Positions 9,594 through 19,220 of a stretch of DNA of 26,302 bases are shown here, one piece after another; position 1 is the first letter of the stretch; each line of letters starts with the position of its first letter. The translations under genes and the position numbers were made by a program. This DNA comes from Elusimicrobiota bacterium (lineage in GTDB: Bacteria > Elusimicrobiota > UBA8919). The notes under the pieces were generated by a model, which was not told where the DNA came from, made no database searches, and was given only the letters and a program-made list of their open reading frames with translations. The DNA is taken from assembly GCA_043816185.1 (NCBI GenBank), contig JBDRIG010000110.1, positions 1 to 26,302 on the forward strand, written 5' to 3'.

Positions 9594-10483
9594 ATCTTTT
9601 CTACTTCTCTAATCAGATTCTTATCATCCAATATATCTCTCCCACTGATTGTCAAGTAACCGCCAATAAGCATTCCGTTTGCACCGGCTATAAACGCTAA
9701 TGCTTGGAAATCTTTTAATATCGTTTCTCGTCCCGCTGCAATTTTTATAATTTTATCTTCTAATATAATTCTAAAAATGCATATAGTCCGTATGGCATCT
9801 ATGCAAGATATTGGATTTATGGATTCAAATGGCGTTCCTTTAATAGGGACTAAAAGATTAATTGGAACAGAATCAACTTTTAATTTTTTTAACATTACCG
9901 CCATGTCAATTCTATCCTGCCATGTTTCACCCATTCCAATTATTCCACCGCTGCATACTTCAAGTCCAACTTCTTTAACCGCATGAATAGTAGATATTCT
10001 TTCTTCAAAAGTATGTGTAGAAACAATTTTGGAATAAAAACGTTGTGATGTTTCTATATTGTGATGATAACGAGCAGCTCCTGCTTTTTTCAACATCAAC
10101 AATTCCTGCTCTTTTAATGCACCTAATGAAGCACAAACATCTATATCAACATTACCTTTTATCTCACTGATTGATTTTAAAATTAGATTAAATTCTCTCT
10201 TATTTAAACAATTACCACTTGTAACAATTCCAAATTTTTTTGCACCATTTTTTTTCGCAGTATATGCTGCTTCTAAAATTTCGTTTTTATTTTTAAGAGA
10301 ATATATGGATGAGTTAGTGAAATAATGCGAGGACTGGGCACAAAACTTGCAATCTTCACTGCATAGACCCGATTTGGCGTTCAATATACTGCAAATTTCT
10401 AATTTGTTACATTTATATTTTTTCTTTACCTCATCTGCCTGTCGAATTAGATCTACAAGAGGAACATCTAAAAGATGATTCAT
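9590..10483 (-). CDS. bioB: Biotin synthase (radical SAM)
   Basis: NAKSGLCSEDCKFCAQS, YHHNIET, CSGGIIGMGET, SVPIN, AAGRE, GYLT. Confidence 0.96.
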   Translation of the reverse strand: MNHLLDVPLVDLIRQADEVKKKYKCNKLEICSILNAKSGLCSEDCKFCAQSSHYFTNSSIYSLKNKNEILEAAYTAKKNGAKKFGIVTSGNCLNKREFNLILKSISEIKGNVDIDVCASLGALKEQELLMLKKAGAARYHHNIETSQRFYSKIVSTHTFEERISTIHAVKEVGLEVCSGGIIGMGETWQDRIDMAVMLKKLKVDSVPINLLVPIKGTPFESINPISCIDAIRTICIFRIILEDKIIKIAAGRETILKDFQALAFIAGANGMLIGGYLTISGRDILDDKNLIREVEKI

Positions 10484-10538
10484 AAAAATCTAAAGTAAGA
10501 AGGTAAACGACTTCATTACATAATGTCAGTTTAATTTT

Positions 10539-12305
10539 CTACCATTGGGTATAATAATTACCAGTAGAATCTGTTCCAAAAACATTCAGCTGAACTTTCC
10601 CTCTTTCATAAAACCACCCGCCAGAACCGTCTTGTGTTTTAACTACATTGTTGGATTTTGTTAAAAGTTCTTGCGGAATTTCATTGAGATATTCATCGAT
10701 AAGTGACTTGGGTTTGCTCGGATATCTACCAGTTTTACTATTGTAAATATCTAACGCCTCTCTTAGATAAAACAGATTATTGCGAGTTATTTTTTCTTTT
10801 TCAAGAGCAATTTTTTTGTAAACCGTTTTGCGCATAGTAGAAAAAATTTCAGCCCAAGATGGGGATGACAAATTTATTGTCGGTACACAGATTATTGCTT
10901 TTAGACCATAGTTTTTTGTTATAAGACATCCACTGATAGATATTAAGAAATCTTTACAATTTTTTTCAATCGTATTTGCAAAAATTTTAGACAAATCAGC
11001 ACAAAACATTTCATTACTTTTTTTTGAAGTCTTCAGTTGCTTAAAGCTATCTACATTCAGCGTAAGATTTTTTCTTTTAATTATAAAATTTTTTGCTAAT
11101 TCTTCTAATGAGAGAGGCGAACAAATAACAAAATAATTCTTTATGAAAAAATATTTGTACTGCAAAAGACCTAAAAGCGGTAATTTATATTCAAAAATAT
11201 TATTGTTTTCAATTTTTTGGATATTTTCCTCAAATTTATTAAGAAACAATTTTTTATTTTTTACTCTACAAAATATCGCAATTTTACTTTCCTTTTTATT
11301 TAGCCACAGTATATAATTGATATCGCTTACCAGTAGTAAATTTTTTATTATGGCATCTTTTACTGGATATGCTTTAAAAAAATCGCCGACGGTACGAAAA
11401 AAAACATTTTCAGACAAAAAGGATACTAAATTAGTTTTCTTTACACAAACCGACTTTGAACAACGTTCGCGAAATATACATAATTCAAATTTAATTCCAT
11501 CTTCGAACTTTGTCGAAAATATTAAGGTTTTTGCCTCATTTTTTACTAAATCAAACTTTTTCAGATTTATTTTTTGAGGCTTAACATAAATGTAATTAGA
11601 AGAACTAATTTCTTTTATGTTTTTTTTGAATTCAGCGTCATCGACAATAGAGTTATCGGGAATATTTACTGAAAAATCTATACACTTTTTTATGTTTCCA
11701 ATATCATTTGATATAGTAAACATGTCACCTATAAGACACCAATATTTGTCCTGACCAAGTGCGATTATTTTTACATTTTTATATTCGTCAATAACATTAG
11801 AAGTATTGTTGTAGAGTGTGTTATTTTTGTCAATTAGATTAAATCCTTCGTTAAACAATGGAAATTGGATATTTTGTTGAGAAATCAACAAAAATTTTTT
11901 GTCGTCAGGATTTTCCAGCCACATTGAGAGCAAAACCTTTTTTCCAATTAAAGCAAGTATGTTTTTCTCACTGAGTTCAAAACCGATGCTTTTTTGAACA
12001 TCTTTTATATCATTTGTAAAACTAAGTGTTGTCGAGGGAAGTTTTTTAAAAAACCATTTAGAAAAATCTTTGAAATGCACATAAAAATTTGTTTTTTTAA
12101 AATCAGACCAAACAAAACTCAAATTATCAAATCTTATTATGACCGATACATCTGACGAAATAAATTTTTCATAGTTTAATTCAATTGAAGTAACTTTTTT
12201 TTCTTTATGAAGTAGAAAATAAAGTGTAATTACAATTAAAACTACTGAAATCGATAAAACTAATTTTGTTTTTTTACTTTTCACTTTTGCTAAATATACA
12301 TCCAC
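10539..12305 (-). CDS. Membrane-anchored protein with C-terminal pilin/GspG-like domain
   Basis: N-terminal TM helix; C-terminus TRNNLFYLREALDIYNSKTGRYP..L...YLNEIP...DGSGGWFY resembles a pseudopilin globular domain; start uncertain. Confidence 0.6.
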   Translation of the reverse strand: MDVYLAKVKSKKTKLVLSISVVLIVITLYFLLHKEKKVTSIELNYEKFISSDVSVIIRFDNLSFVWSDFKKTNFYVHFKDFSKWFFKKLPSTTLSFTNDIKDVQKSIGFELSEKNILALIGKKVLLSMWLENPDDKKFLLISQQNIQFPLFNEGFNLIDKNNTLYNNTSNVIDEYKNVKIIALGQDKYWCLIGDMFTISNDIGNIKKCIDFSVNIPDNSIVDDAEFKKNIKEISSSNYIYVKPQKINLKKFDLVKNEAKTLIFSTKFEDGIKFELCIFRERCSKSVCVKKTNLVSFLSENVFFRTVGDFFKAYPVKDAIIKNLLLVSDINYILWLNKKESKIAIFCRVKNKKLFLNKFEENIQKIENNNIFEYKLPLLGLLQYKYFFIKNYFVICSPLSLEELAKNFIIKRKNLTLNVDSFKQLKTSKKSNEMFCADLSKIFANTIEKNCKDFLISISGCLITKNYGLKAIICVPTINLSSPSWAEIFSTMRKTVYKKIALEKEKITRNNLFYLREALDIYNSKTGRYPSKPKSLIDEYLNEIPQELLTKSNNVVKTQDGSGGWFYERGKVQLNVFGTDSTGNYYTQW

Positions 12306-12783
12306 AGTAATTCTGAATATATAAATTTAATTTTCTAAATTTATTAAGATTTTTATAAAAATCTCGTCGACCATCATAATAATAAAAATTTGTTCCAGTT
12401 TCCTTTGCTACTTCTTCACCTATTTTTTTTAGAATATCATGTTTTTGATATGGACTTGTTAGGAGTGTTGTTGAAAAAAAATCCATTTTTAATTCTTTGG
12501 ATTTTTGTGCAACTTTCGTAAGCCGTAGTCGATAACATATTGAACACCTTTTGTTTGGCTGACGACAAACAGATTTAATTTCTGATGACCACAAATCGTC
12601 ATCATATTCATCAACGATTAAGGGGAACAATTTTTTTGCAACACTTAGTCGTTTTTCATATTCATCTTGTGGTTGTATGTTTGGATTATACCAATAATGT
12701 TTCACACAAAATTCATTGGATAAAAACTTTGTTGTGGAAAATCCACAAGGACCGCAACAAGTATGGAACAAAAGTGTTTTCAT
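12274..12783 (-). CDS. queH: Epoxyqueuosine reductase QueH (DUF208)
   Basis: HTCCGPC, YNPNIQPxxEYxxR, RCxxCYxxRL, FSTTLLTSPYQ, YIQNYCGCIFS; true start ATG 12783 (the track ORF extends into tRNA-Gly). Confidence 0.92.
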   Translation of the reverse strand: MKTLLFHTCCGPCGFSTTKFLSNEFCVKHYWYNPNIQPQDEYEKRLSVAKKLFPLIVDEYDDDLWSSEIKSVCRQPNKRCSICYRLRLTKVAQKSKELKMDFFSTTLLTSPYQKHDILKKIGEEVAKETGTNFYYYDGRRDFYKNLNKFRKLNLYIQNYCGCIFSKSEK

Positions 12784-12826
12784 AAGATATCGACATGAGA
12801 TATCGAAGAAAATCCAACATAATAAA

Positions 12827-12898
12827 AGCGGGAGATGGGATTCGAACCCACGACGTCCACCTTGGAAGGGTGGCATTCTTCCACTGAATTACTCCCGC
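12827..12898 (-). tRNA. tRNA-Gly(TCC)
   Basis: GCGGGAG/CTCCCGC acceptor stem, CCACC-CTTCCAA-GGTGG anticodon arm, TTCGAAT T-loop, U73; CCA not encoded. Confidence 0.96.
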
Positions 12899-12959
12899 AT
12901 TAAAAGACAGAATTAAGAATTATTCGTACGTTTTTTTCGCACGATTGAAAACCAATATC

Positions 12960-12985
12960 GCACGGTCGCACAGACCGTGCCTACA
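12960..12985 (-). repeat. GTAG-type REP-like hairpin
   Basis: Minus strand TGTAG-GCACGGTC-TGTGC-GACCGTGC; partial copy ccgtgcctaca at 15083-15093. Confidence 0.5.
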
Positions 12986-13007
12986 CATAACTACGAACTA
13001 AAAACTA

Positions 13008-13079
13008 AGCCCGCGAGAGGGCTCGAACCTCCGACCTGCGGTTTACAAAACCGCTGCTCTACCGCTGAGCTACACGGGC
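13008..13079 (-). tRNA. tRNA-Thr(TGT)
   Basis: GCCCGTG/CGCGGGC acceptor stem, GCGGT-TTTGTAA-ACCGC anticodon arm, TTCGAGC T-loop. Confidence 0.96.
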
Positions 13080-13103
13080 AAAAATGGACAATTTCAGTAT
13101 TTG

Positions 13104-14180
13104 CTACTTATCGCTTAGTTTTGCTTCTATATCATAGACACCTGTTTTTGTGATTTTTACATTGAAGCTTGTATTCTGCTCAAGTCGTTTAGCAACATTG
13201 GTTGCAGTACCTTCTTTTAAATCCAAATCAAGTAAGGCAACATTGTTTGAATAATTTCTGACGAAACAATCGCGAACCTCAATCAATGCACGAACCGACA
13301 TTATAAAACTATTGAGTTTATTTATATTTTCCACATTTGAAATAGTTAAGCGAACAATAGAACGCTCTCTTAAAAATTTAAGAACTGTTTGTGGAATATC
13401 TTCACCCATTTTTTTAGCACAGTTCGCAATTGATGATTTCGCAGCAGCAGATTTTGTTACATCCACACCACCAAATGTTTTTTCATCGGTCGTAATCACA
13501 TCATTAGAACCAGTTTTTGTTACTTTAATAGCAACCGTAGCACGATATGAAATCATGCCTCCGAGTCCCACATCAGTGTTGAAGTTTGAATCGGCCTTTC
13601 CGTTCACAAAAATATCTGAAATAGTGGAATCTGAAACAGTAAAACCAGCCTCAATAAACTTATTTTTCAACTCCAATTCAGCATATTTTGTATCGGATGG
13701 CTGTCTGTCAACAAATTCATCAATTTTCAACGCTACAACAGGGTTACCAAGTTTTTTCGGTTCAAGTTCTAGTGCTTTCAATTTTGCCGACAAATCTTCT
13801 TTTCTTACAAGCGCTTTTATTTTTGTTTTATAAAAATCACTCTCTCGCCATTCTTTCAAGATGTCATATTTTTCAATGTATCCCTCAGTTTTAGAGGTAA
13901 TATTATCTTCAATAAGAATTGCTTTTGAAACAAGTGCCTCCTGCGACACATAAACACCTATAACAAGTCCGAGTGCATTTTTCATCGCTTCGTGTAAAGA
14001 TGTTTTTTTTGCACCGTTTATGTCATTATCAACAATAGGTGCCATACCCTCTGCCTCAACAACTTCCGTGTTAGGAGTAGTTGCTTTAATAGAGTGTTTT
14101 GTTGAAGCACAACCGGAAAAAAGAGTGAAGAGCGAGGGGAAAAAAGTAAACAGTAGCAATAGTGAAAAATATTTTTTCAT
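13104..14180 (-). CDS. Lipoprotein with FlgT-N-like domain
   Basis: Likely start MKKYFS (14180), lipobox LFSGC, VEAEGMAPI...AKKTSLHEAMKNAL...GVYV...ITSKTEGYI resembles FlgT N-terminal/LPP20-like domains. Confidence 0.65.
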   Translation of the reverse strand: MKKYFSLLLLFTFFPSLFTLFSGCASTKHSIKATTPNTEVVEAEGMAPIVDNDINGAKKTSLHEAMKNALGLVIGVYVSQEALVSKAILIEDNITSKTEGYIEKYDILKEWRESDFYKTKIKALVRKEDLSAKLKALELEPKKLGNPVVALKIDEFVDRQPSDTKYAELELKNKFIEAGFTVSDSTISDIFVNGKADSNFNTDVGLGGMISYRATVAIKVTKTGSNDVITTDEKTFGGVDVTKSAAAKSSIANCAKKMGEDIPQTVLKFLRERSIVRLTISNVENINKLNSFIMSVRALIEVRDCFVRNYSNNVALLDLDLKEGTATNVAKRLEQNTSFNVKITKTGVYDIEAKLSDK

Positions 14181-14352
14181 ATATAATATTCTATCCTTAT
14201 AAGCCTTATAAACATTGCAAAAAGCAGTAACATAATAATATGCTGTTGATATGTGAAAATCACACAACAATACCACTGCACAATCGCTGTTGTCTTACAT
14301 CGCCCTATTATTTGTTACCCACGCATCAATGAATTTTTATTTGTCTGCGATT

Positions 14353-14829
14353 TTATTCGCCCATGACTTTTAAGCCCATCTCTTTGAGGGCTTTTTTAGA
14401 AAGGCGAAGCACGACTACACAACCATCATCGGATGTCCACTCACTTCTGACAACTTGCGCACCTTTTATGGTAGCATTTATGGTTGTTGCGAGCATTGAA
14501 TCTGTTTCAATTGCTTTTTCCACAGTAATTCCACCTTCAAGTTGAACACCTTTAACGACAGAAAGCATGTTGTATTGAGCGTTGACAACTGCAGCATTTC
14601 TGGATGTTGCCATTTTTTGTGTTCTGTTTTCAAGTGTTTGATCGGCACCTCCAATTCCTCTGGCAAAAATAAAGGTTTTTGTTACACCTTGTTCTACCCA
14701 TTCCTTTTCAATTTCACCCTCTTTAGAAACAGTTCCCTTGTCTGGACTTGAAGCACAACCGATAAAGACAGGCAATAAACAACAAACAACGAGCAACGAG
14801 AAAAACCAATTCCCAATTCCAATTTTCAT
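14353..14829 (-). CDS. LPP20-like lipoprotein
   Basis: Likely start MKIGIGNW (14829) after AGGGGGAAGG; lipobox FIGC; ARGIG...SRNAAVVNAQ...VKGVQLEGGITV...IKGAQVV. Confidence 0.65.
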   Translation of the reverse strand: MKIGIGNWFFSLLVVCCLLPVFIGCASSPDKGTVSKEGEIEKEWVEQGVTKTFIFARGIGGADQTLENRTQKMATSRNAAVVNAQYNMLSVVKGVQLEGGITVEKAIETDSMLATTINATIKGAQVVRSEWTSDDGCVVVLRLSKKALKEMGLKVMGE

Positions 14830-14939
14830 ACCTTCCCCCTTGTCGCATATCGCGACCGCTTTAACGTCAGAGAGTGAAAAAACAAGAGAGTGAAAAAACT
14901 TTTTTTCTTCTCTTGCCTCTCTTATCTCCACTTTTACAT

Positions 14940-15013
14940 TGCCAGCGGTCGGAATCGAACCGACGACCCCCGCCTTATGAGAGCGATGCTCTAACCGACT
15001 GAGCTACGCTGGC
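14940..15013 (-). tRNA. tRNA with CAT anticodon: elongator Met more likely than Ile2; not initiator
   Basis: GCCAGCG/CGCTGGC stem with paired G1-C72 and C3-G70, TCGCT-CTCATAA-GGCGG arm lacking the three G-C pairs of fMet, A73. Confidence 0.88.
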
Positions 15014-15170
15014 AAATAAGTCAACAAATAAGTCAACGAATTCACACGATTGAAACTATCGGTTGAAACCGTTCTCATATATCCGTGCCTACATATTTAT
15101 GCAATCAACATCCGATTCAATCCTGATACCACAAAATCTATCCGCCATTATATTTATACATTACGTCTAT

Positions 15171-16448
15171 CTACATCACTATCAGTTTTTTATCCGTTTG
15201 CATCATCATTTTCATCTCATCAACAATACCATCTATTTCAATTTCTTTTTGTTGTTGAAATTCCATATCTCGCAGAATTACCTTCTTATTCTTAATTTCT
15301 TCCTCACCAATTATTATTACATATTTTGAGTTTAGGGAACAAGCAAGTCGCATTTGTGATTTAAGTGATTTTGTAAAATACCCACCGTCGGCAACCATAC
15401 CTAAATTCCTGATTTTACACAAAGTGTGAAACGCTATTTTTTTACAATCATCGTTTTCGGTTGCACAAACAAAAAGACAGGGGGTGGGAGGCGGCGAGTA
15501 TGGAGTAGTTGATTTATTTATAATTTCAGCTAAACGATCAACGCCTATCGCAAAACCAACAGCAGGAGTTACTGAACCGCCCATATCATTTACAAGATTA
15601 TCGTATCTTCCACCTGCACAAACAGCATTTTGACTTCCTAAAACATCTGATGTAATTTCAAAAACCATTTTGGTATAATAATCAAGACCTCTTACAAGTT
15701 TATGCGAGATGGTAAAGTCAACGTTTACATCTTTCAATTTGTTTTTTAATTCTTCAAATTCGTTGGTACAGTTCTCGCAAAGTTCTGGTTTAATGTCTCT
15801 AAATTTCTCGCCATCAATTTTACAGTCAAGCACTCTAAAAGGGTTTTTTGCAGAACGTCTTTTGCAATCATCACACAATTCGCCATCTTGTTTACAGGAT
15901 AATATTTCTTGTATTTTTTTGAAAAATAATGAGCGACATTTTTCGCAACCAAGATTATTAATATCTATTTTAATATTTTTAATTCCAACTTTTTCTAAAA
16001 TTTCCTTTGCTAACAAGATTATTTCAATATCAGCATAAATCGAAGGGTTGCCGAAATACTCACACCCAACTTGATCAAATTCACGAAATCTCCCTAATTG
16101 TGGTCTTTCCTGACGAAACATTTGCCCAACATAAAAAAATTTTTGCGAAGGATATTTTTGTGAAAGATTATTTTCAATATATGCACGGACAACGCCAGCC
16201 GTACCTTCTGGACGTAAAGCAATTTTTCTTTTGCCTTTATCCTCAAAAACATACATCTCTTTTTCAACAATATCCGTTGTTTCACCAATTGTTCTTAGAA
16301 AAAGTTCCGCCAGTTCAATTATCGGAATTCTTATCTCGTTAAATTTATACTTCTGGAAAACACTTCTTGCTGTTTTTTCAATAAACGAAAAAGTTTCAGC
16401 AGAAACACCAGCAATATCTCTAAAACCTTTTACCGAATGATATTTCAT
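15171..16448 (-). CDS. hisS: Histidine--tRNA ligase
   Basis: VKGFRD, DIVEKEMY, LRPEGTAGVVRA, FRQERPQLGRFREFDQ, LVRGLDYY, AGGRYD. Confidence 0.97.
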   Translation of the reverse strand: MKYHSVKGFRDIAGVSAETFSFIEKTARSVFQKYKFNEIRIPIIELAELFLRTIGETTDIVEKEMYVFEDKGKRKIALRPEGTAGVVRAYIENNLSQKYPSQKFFYVGQMFRQERPQLGRFREFDQVGCEYFGNPSIYADIEIILLAKEILEKVGIKNIKIDINNLGCEKCRSLFFKKIQEILSCKQDGELCDDCKRRSAKNPFRVLDCKIDGEKFRDIKPELCENCTNEFEELKNKLKDVNVDFTISHKLVRGLDYYTKMVFEITSDVLGSQNAVCAGGRYDNLVNDMGGSVTPAVGFAIGVDRLAEIINKSTTPYSPPPTPCLFVCATENDDCKKIAFHTLCKIRNLGMVADGGYFTKSLKSQMRLACSLNSKYVIIIGEEEIKNKKVILRDMEFQQQKEIEIDGIVDEMKMMMQTDKKLIVM

Positions 16449-16460
16449 ATTAAACTGATG

Positions 16461-16967
16461 TTAAAATTTTTCCCAGTGCAAAACTTCGTTTAATTTTCTT
16501 TTTTGAATATTTGGTTTTTCGGCAGAATAGCCGACTGGTATTATAGAAATTAATTTATATTCGCAAGGAACATTTAATTCTCTCATTATATTTTCTGTAT
16601 ATTTCTTTTTATCGCCAGCAACCCAACAAGTGGAAAGGCCGAAATTATTTACTGCAAGCAAAATATTTTCAGTTGCAGCACACCCGTCCTCTAAATAATA
16701 TTTTACATTTTTGGCAAAAATTATTATGCAAAAAGCAGCATCTTTTACGAACGAACCGTTATAATCGACGATTTCAGAAATCGTTTGCAATTTTTTTATA
16801 TCTGTAACGACAATAAATTCGCAGGGCTGAATATTGTTGGCTGTTGGTGCAAGGCGTCCGCAATCAATTATATTCTCAATAATTTCTTTTTTTACATCGC
16901 AGAAATCTGCCTTACGCGAGAGTTGTCTTTTAGATCTTCTCGTTCTTATACATTCGATAGCATCCAT
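16461..16967 (-). CDS. Nitroreductase family protein
   Basis: IRTRRSKR, LAPTANNIQP, ENILLA...GLSTCW, IPVGY; likely start ATG 16967. Confidence 0.9.
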   Translation of the reverse strand: MDAIECIRTRRSKRQLSRKADFCDVKKEIIENIIDCGRLAPTANNIQPCEFIVVTDIKKLQTISEIVDYNGSFVKDAAFCIIIFAKNVKYYLEDGCAATENILLAVNNFGLSTCWVAGDKKKYTENIMRELNVPCEYKLISIIPVGYSAEKPNIQKRKLNEVLHWEKF

Positions 16968-16973
16968 GATTTT

Positions 16974-17001
16974 ATTATACCCAAAAAAATACAAAAATCA
17001 A
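16974..17001 (-). promoter_or_regulatory. Putative sigma70 promoter for nitroreductase-hisS
   Basis: TTGATT (17001-16996), 16 nt, TATAAT (16979-16974); ATG 6 nt downstream. Confidence 0.5.
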
Positions 17002-17057
17002 GGTTTGTTTACATAAATCCAACGTCGGATTTAGTAACATTTGAATGTATCTACATT

Positions 17058-19220
17058 TTACCACTTCGAATCGTATTGCAGCTTGAACGTGTTTTCTCTT
17101 TTCCCATATTCTACATTTCCATACCCATCAGCATCACTTATTGTATGCTCATACTTGAACCATATACTTGCATCTTTTGAAAGTTTCTGGTCAAACTGTA
17201 TGTAGCATCTTGTACCTTTTGATGGATTTCCCATAATACTTGTTGTCCAGGCAACAAACACATTTTTCCAATATGGTTCCGATTGGGTTACATATTCATC
17301 AGGTGCATCAAAAAATATCATTCTGACATTAATATTTAAATCTGGTGTAATTTTATATTTTACGTCGCTAAATATCATTTCGCCAGTTGTGATTTCATTT
17401 ATTTGCTCAATCTTTTTTCTTCTATGCTCGTATCTTGCCATATAGCGTATATTTTTTGAAGCGTCCCATTTTATCTGTAGTCGTGTTTTTCTTAATACCT
17501 TCGGGAAATCATTACTATCTTCCTCGAAACTTCCACCTTGTGGCAGTGCCCTTACTTTTGAATAAATATCCCATTCTCTAAAAAGAAGTTCAAAATTACT
17601 GTAAATTTTATATTTATATTCAAGGTAAAAATCAACTCCATTAAAAGAACCAATTGGCCTTGTTGATTGTGAGGATATAGAAAGTGGTTTGTAGGCAGGC
17701 ATATTAAAAATACTTCCAGATAGATGAGCCGAATGTGCCTTTTTTGTATATTCAGTACCCGCAAAAAAACCTTTTTGACTTCTAACCTCACTTAAACCAT
17801 AGTCGGTTTCCATGCTGGTACTTATCGTCGCAACTTTTGATTTGCCAAATCTGTTATAATAATTCTGACCGTAATTATAATACCCATTCCACATAATAAT
17901 CGGTGCAATCTTGTAAACCATCTCTATTAAATATGACTGTCCCGATTGACTTCTTCCTTCGTATTTTGGCGCATCCGACCTCGCCCATTCACCAAAAAAA
18001 TTTAGATTTTTATAGTATGTATCAAATGCAAAATCGTAAAGCGAGATTTTATTGCCTCTAAATGTATAAGTGCCTGTTTCAGGATTTAATGGACGAATTT
18101 CTGGAGTATAATTTGCTGTATAGGCGAGCACCGATATATTGGTATTAGAAATAAATGACAAAAAATATTTTATGTACGTTCCGTAGAGTTTCTCTTTTAA
18201 TGTTTTGTTTGCTATTCGCTGCTCAGCCGTTCTAATATATCCACCGCCGTCATATTCTCGCCAAAGTAAAAAGTATGCATTTGCTGAGCCATCTTCATTT
18301 AATGGTGCATCGAGAAATTTTTCTGATACAAAAATCACGGTATCAAAAGCATCATATTTTTTTTCAAAAAAAGCACCACACAAGTGTTGATTGGGATTTG
18401 TTGATTTATCCTCTTTACCACCGTTTCCTTTTATTTTTATAGGTCTACCTATTTCATCTAAATTATCATAAAAAGCAAGTCCCTGATTTAATTGCATTGC
18501 ATAATTACCGAGAATAATTTTTGTGAAATAAAATGTATCATTCGTTTTCAAATAAAACTTTTTCAAATTATATTGTCTAATGTTGTCAAATGTAAATGGT
18601 GGTTCCTGATCTCGTCTGTATGCGAGAAAACCAAATTCGCGTTTGTCGTTATATTTTATACAAGTATTAGCGTAAAAATAAAATGGTTCATGATAATGAC
18701 CATAATAATCGCTTTTTGATGAATCGTCGTTGTTATAGTAATTATCGGGTGTTGAGGAAACAGGGCGGGTCGCCTTGCATCTCAATTTTATATCGCCGCT
18801 CAATACATTTTTCGTTTTTAATTTCTTTACAGTAATATATGGCTTTATCTGTTCATAAAATTCACTTGTAACGCCTTGCACATTTTTAATATCCTCAACA
18901 TCGAAAAACGATTGTTTTTTTCTGTATTTTAATATCTTTGTTGCAAGTTGTGCCGTCATATATGGAATATCTAAAAGAGAACAAACATCTGCTGAATTTA
19001 AATCAACTGGATTAAAAATTAATTGCTTTTTTATGTTTTCTCCCTCTAAATTCTGAACCTGCTCAATTACAAAAATACCTGTTTCGTCTAAATTATCGAC
19101 TTCGGAAAAATTATCGACGAGAAATGGAATCGCATTTTCTTGAGTAGCGTGCCCAATAGATGTAGCATAGAAAATTAGTACAAAATATAAAATATACCTG
19201 ATAGTTTTTACTTTACACAT
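17058..19220 (-). CDS. Secreted ComEA-like helix-hairpin-helix protein with probable outer-membrane beta-barrel
   Basis: Signal peptide; PVDLNSAD..LLDIPYM...ATKILKYR...F..VEDIKNVQGV (HhH pair); amphipathic strands; C-terminal FKLQYDSKW barrel signature. Confidence 0.75.
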   Translation of the reverse strand: MCKVKTIRYILYFVLIFYATSIGHATQENAIPFLVDNFSEVDNLDETGIFVIEQVQNLEGENIKKQLIFNPVDLNSADVCSLLDIPYMTAQLATKILKYRKKQSFFDVEDIKNVQGVTSEFYEQIKPYITVKKLKTKNVLSGDIKLRCKATRPVSSTPDNYYNNDDSSKSDYYGHYHEPFYFYANTCIKYNDKREFGFLAYRRDQEPPFTFDNIRQYNLKKFYLKTNDTFYFTKIILGNYAMQLNQGLAFYDNLDEIGRPIKIKGNGGKEDKSTNPNQHLCGAFFEKKYDAFDTVIFVSEKFLDAPLNEDGSANAYFLLWREYDGGGYIRTAEQRIANKTLKEKLYGTYIKYFLSFISNTNISVLAYTANYTPEIRPLNPETGTYTFRGNKISLYDFAFDTYYKNLNFFGEWARSDAPKYEGRSQSGQSYLIEMVYKIAPIIMWNGYYNYGQNYYNRFGKSKVATISTSMETDYGLSEVRSQKGFFAGTEYTKKAHSAHLSGSIFNMPAYKPLSISSQSTRPIGSFNGVDFYLEYKYKIYSNFELLFREWDIYSKVRALPQGGSFEEDSNDFPKVLRKTRLQIKWDASKNIRYMARYEHRRKKIEQINEITTGEMIFSDVKYKITPDLNINVRMIFFDAPDEYVTQSEPYWKNVFVAWTTSIMGNPSKGTRCYIQFDQKLSKDASIWFKYEHTISDADGYGNVEYGKRENTFKLQYDSKW

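Noticed and set aside
10484..10538. BirA operator upstream of bioB
   Set aside because: Only a loose dyad (gtaaac...gtttaa) with wrong spacing for TGTAAAC-N14-16-GTTTACA.
12784..12876. N-terminal extension of queH in the ORF track
   Set aside because: It runs through tRNA-Gly; family similarity starts at MKTLLFHTCC.
14940..15013. Initiator tRNA-fMet
   Set aside because: Positions 1-72 are paired and the anticodon stem lacks three consecutive G-C pairs.
3308..16259. Genome-wide reassignment of GAG to Ala
   Set aside because: GAG encodes motif glutamates in oxidoreductase gamma (3308-3310), alpha (5142-5144) and HisS (16257-16259).
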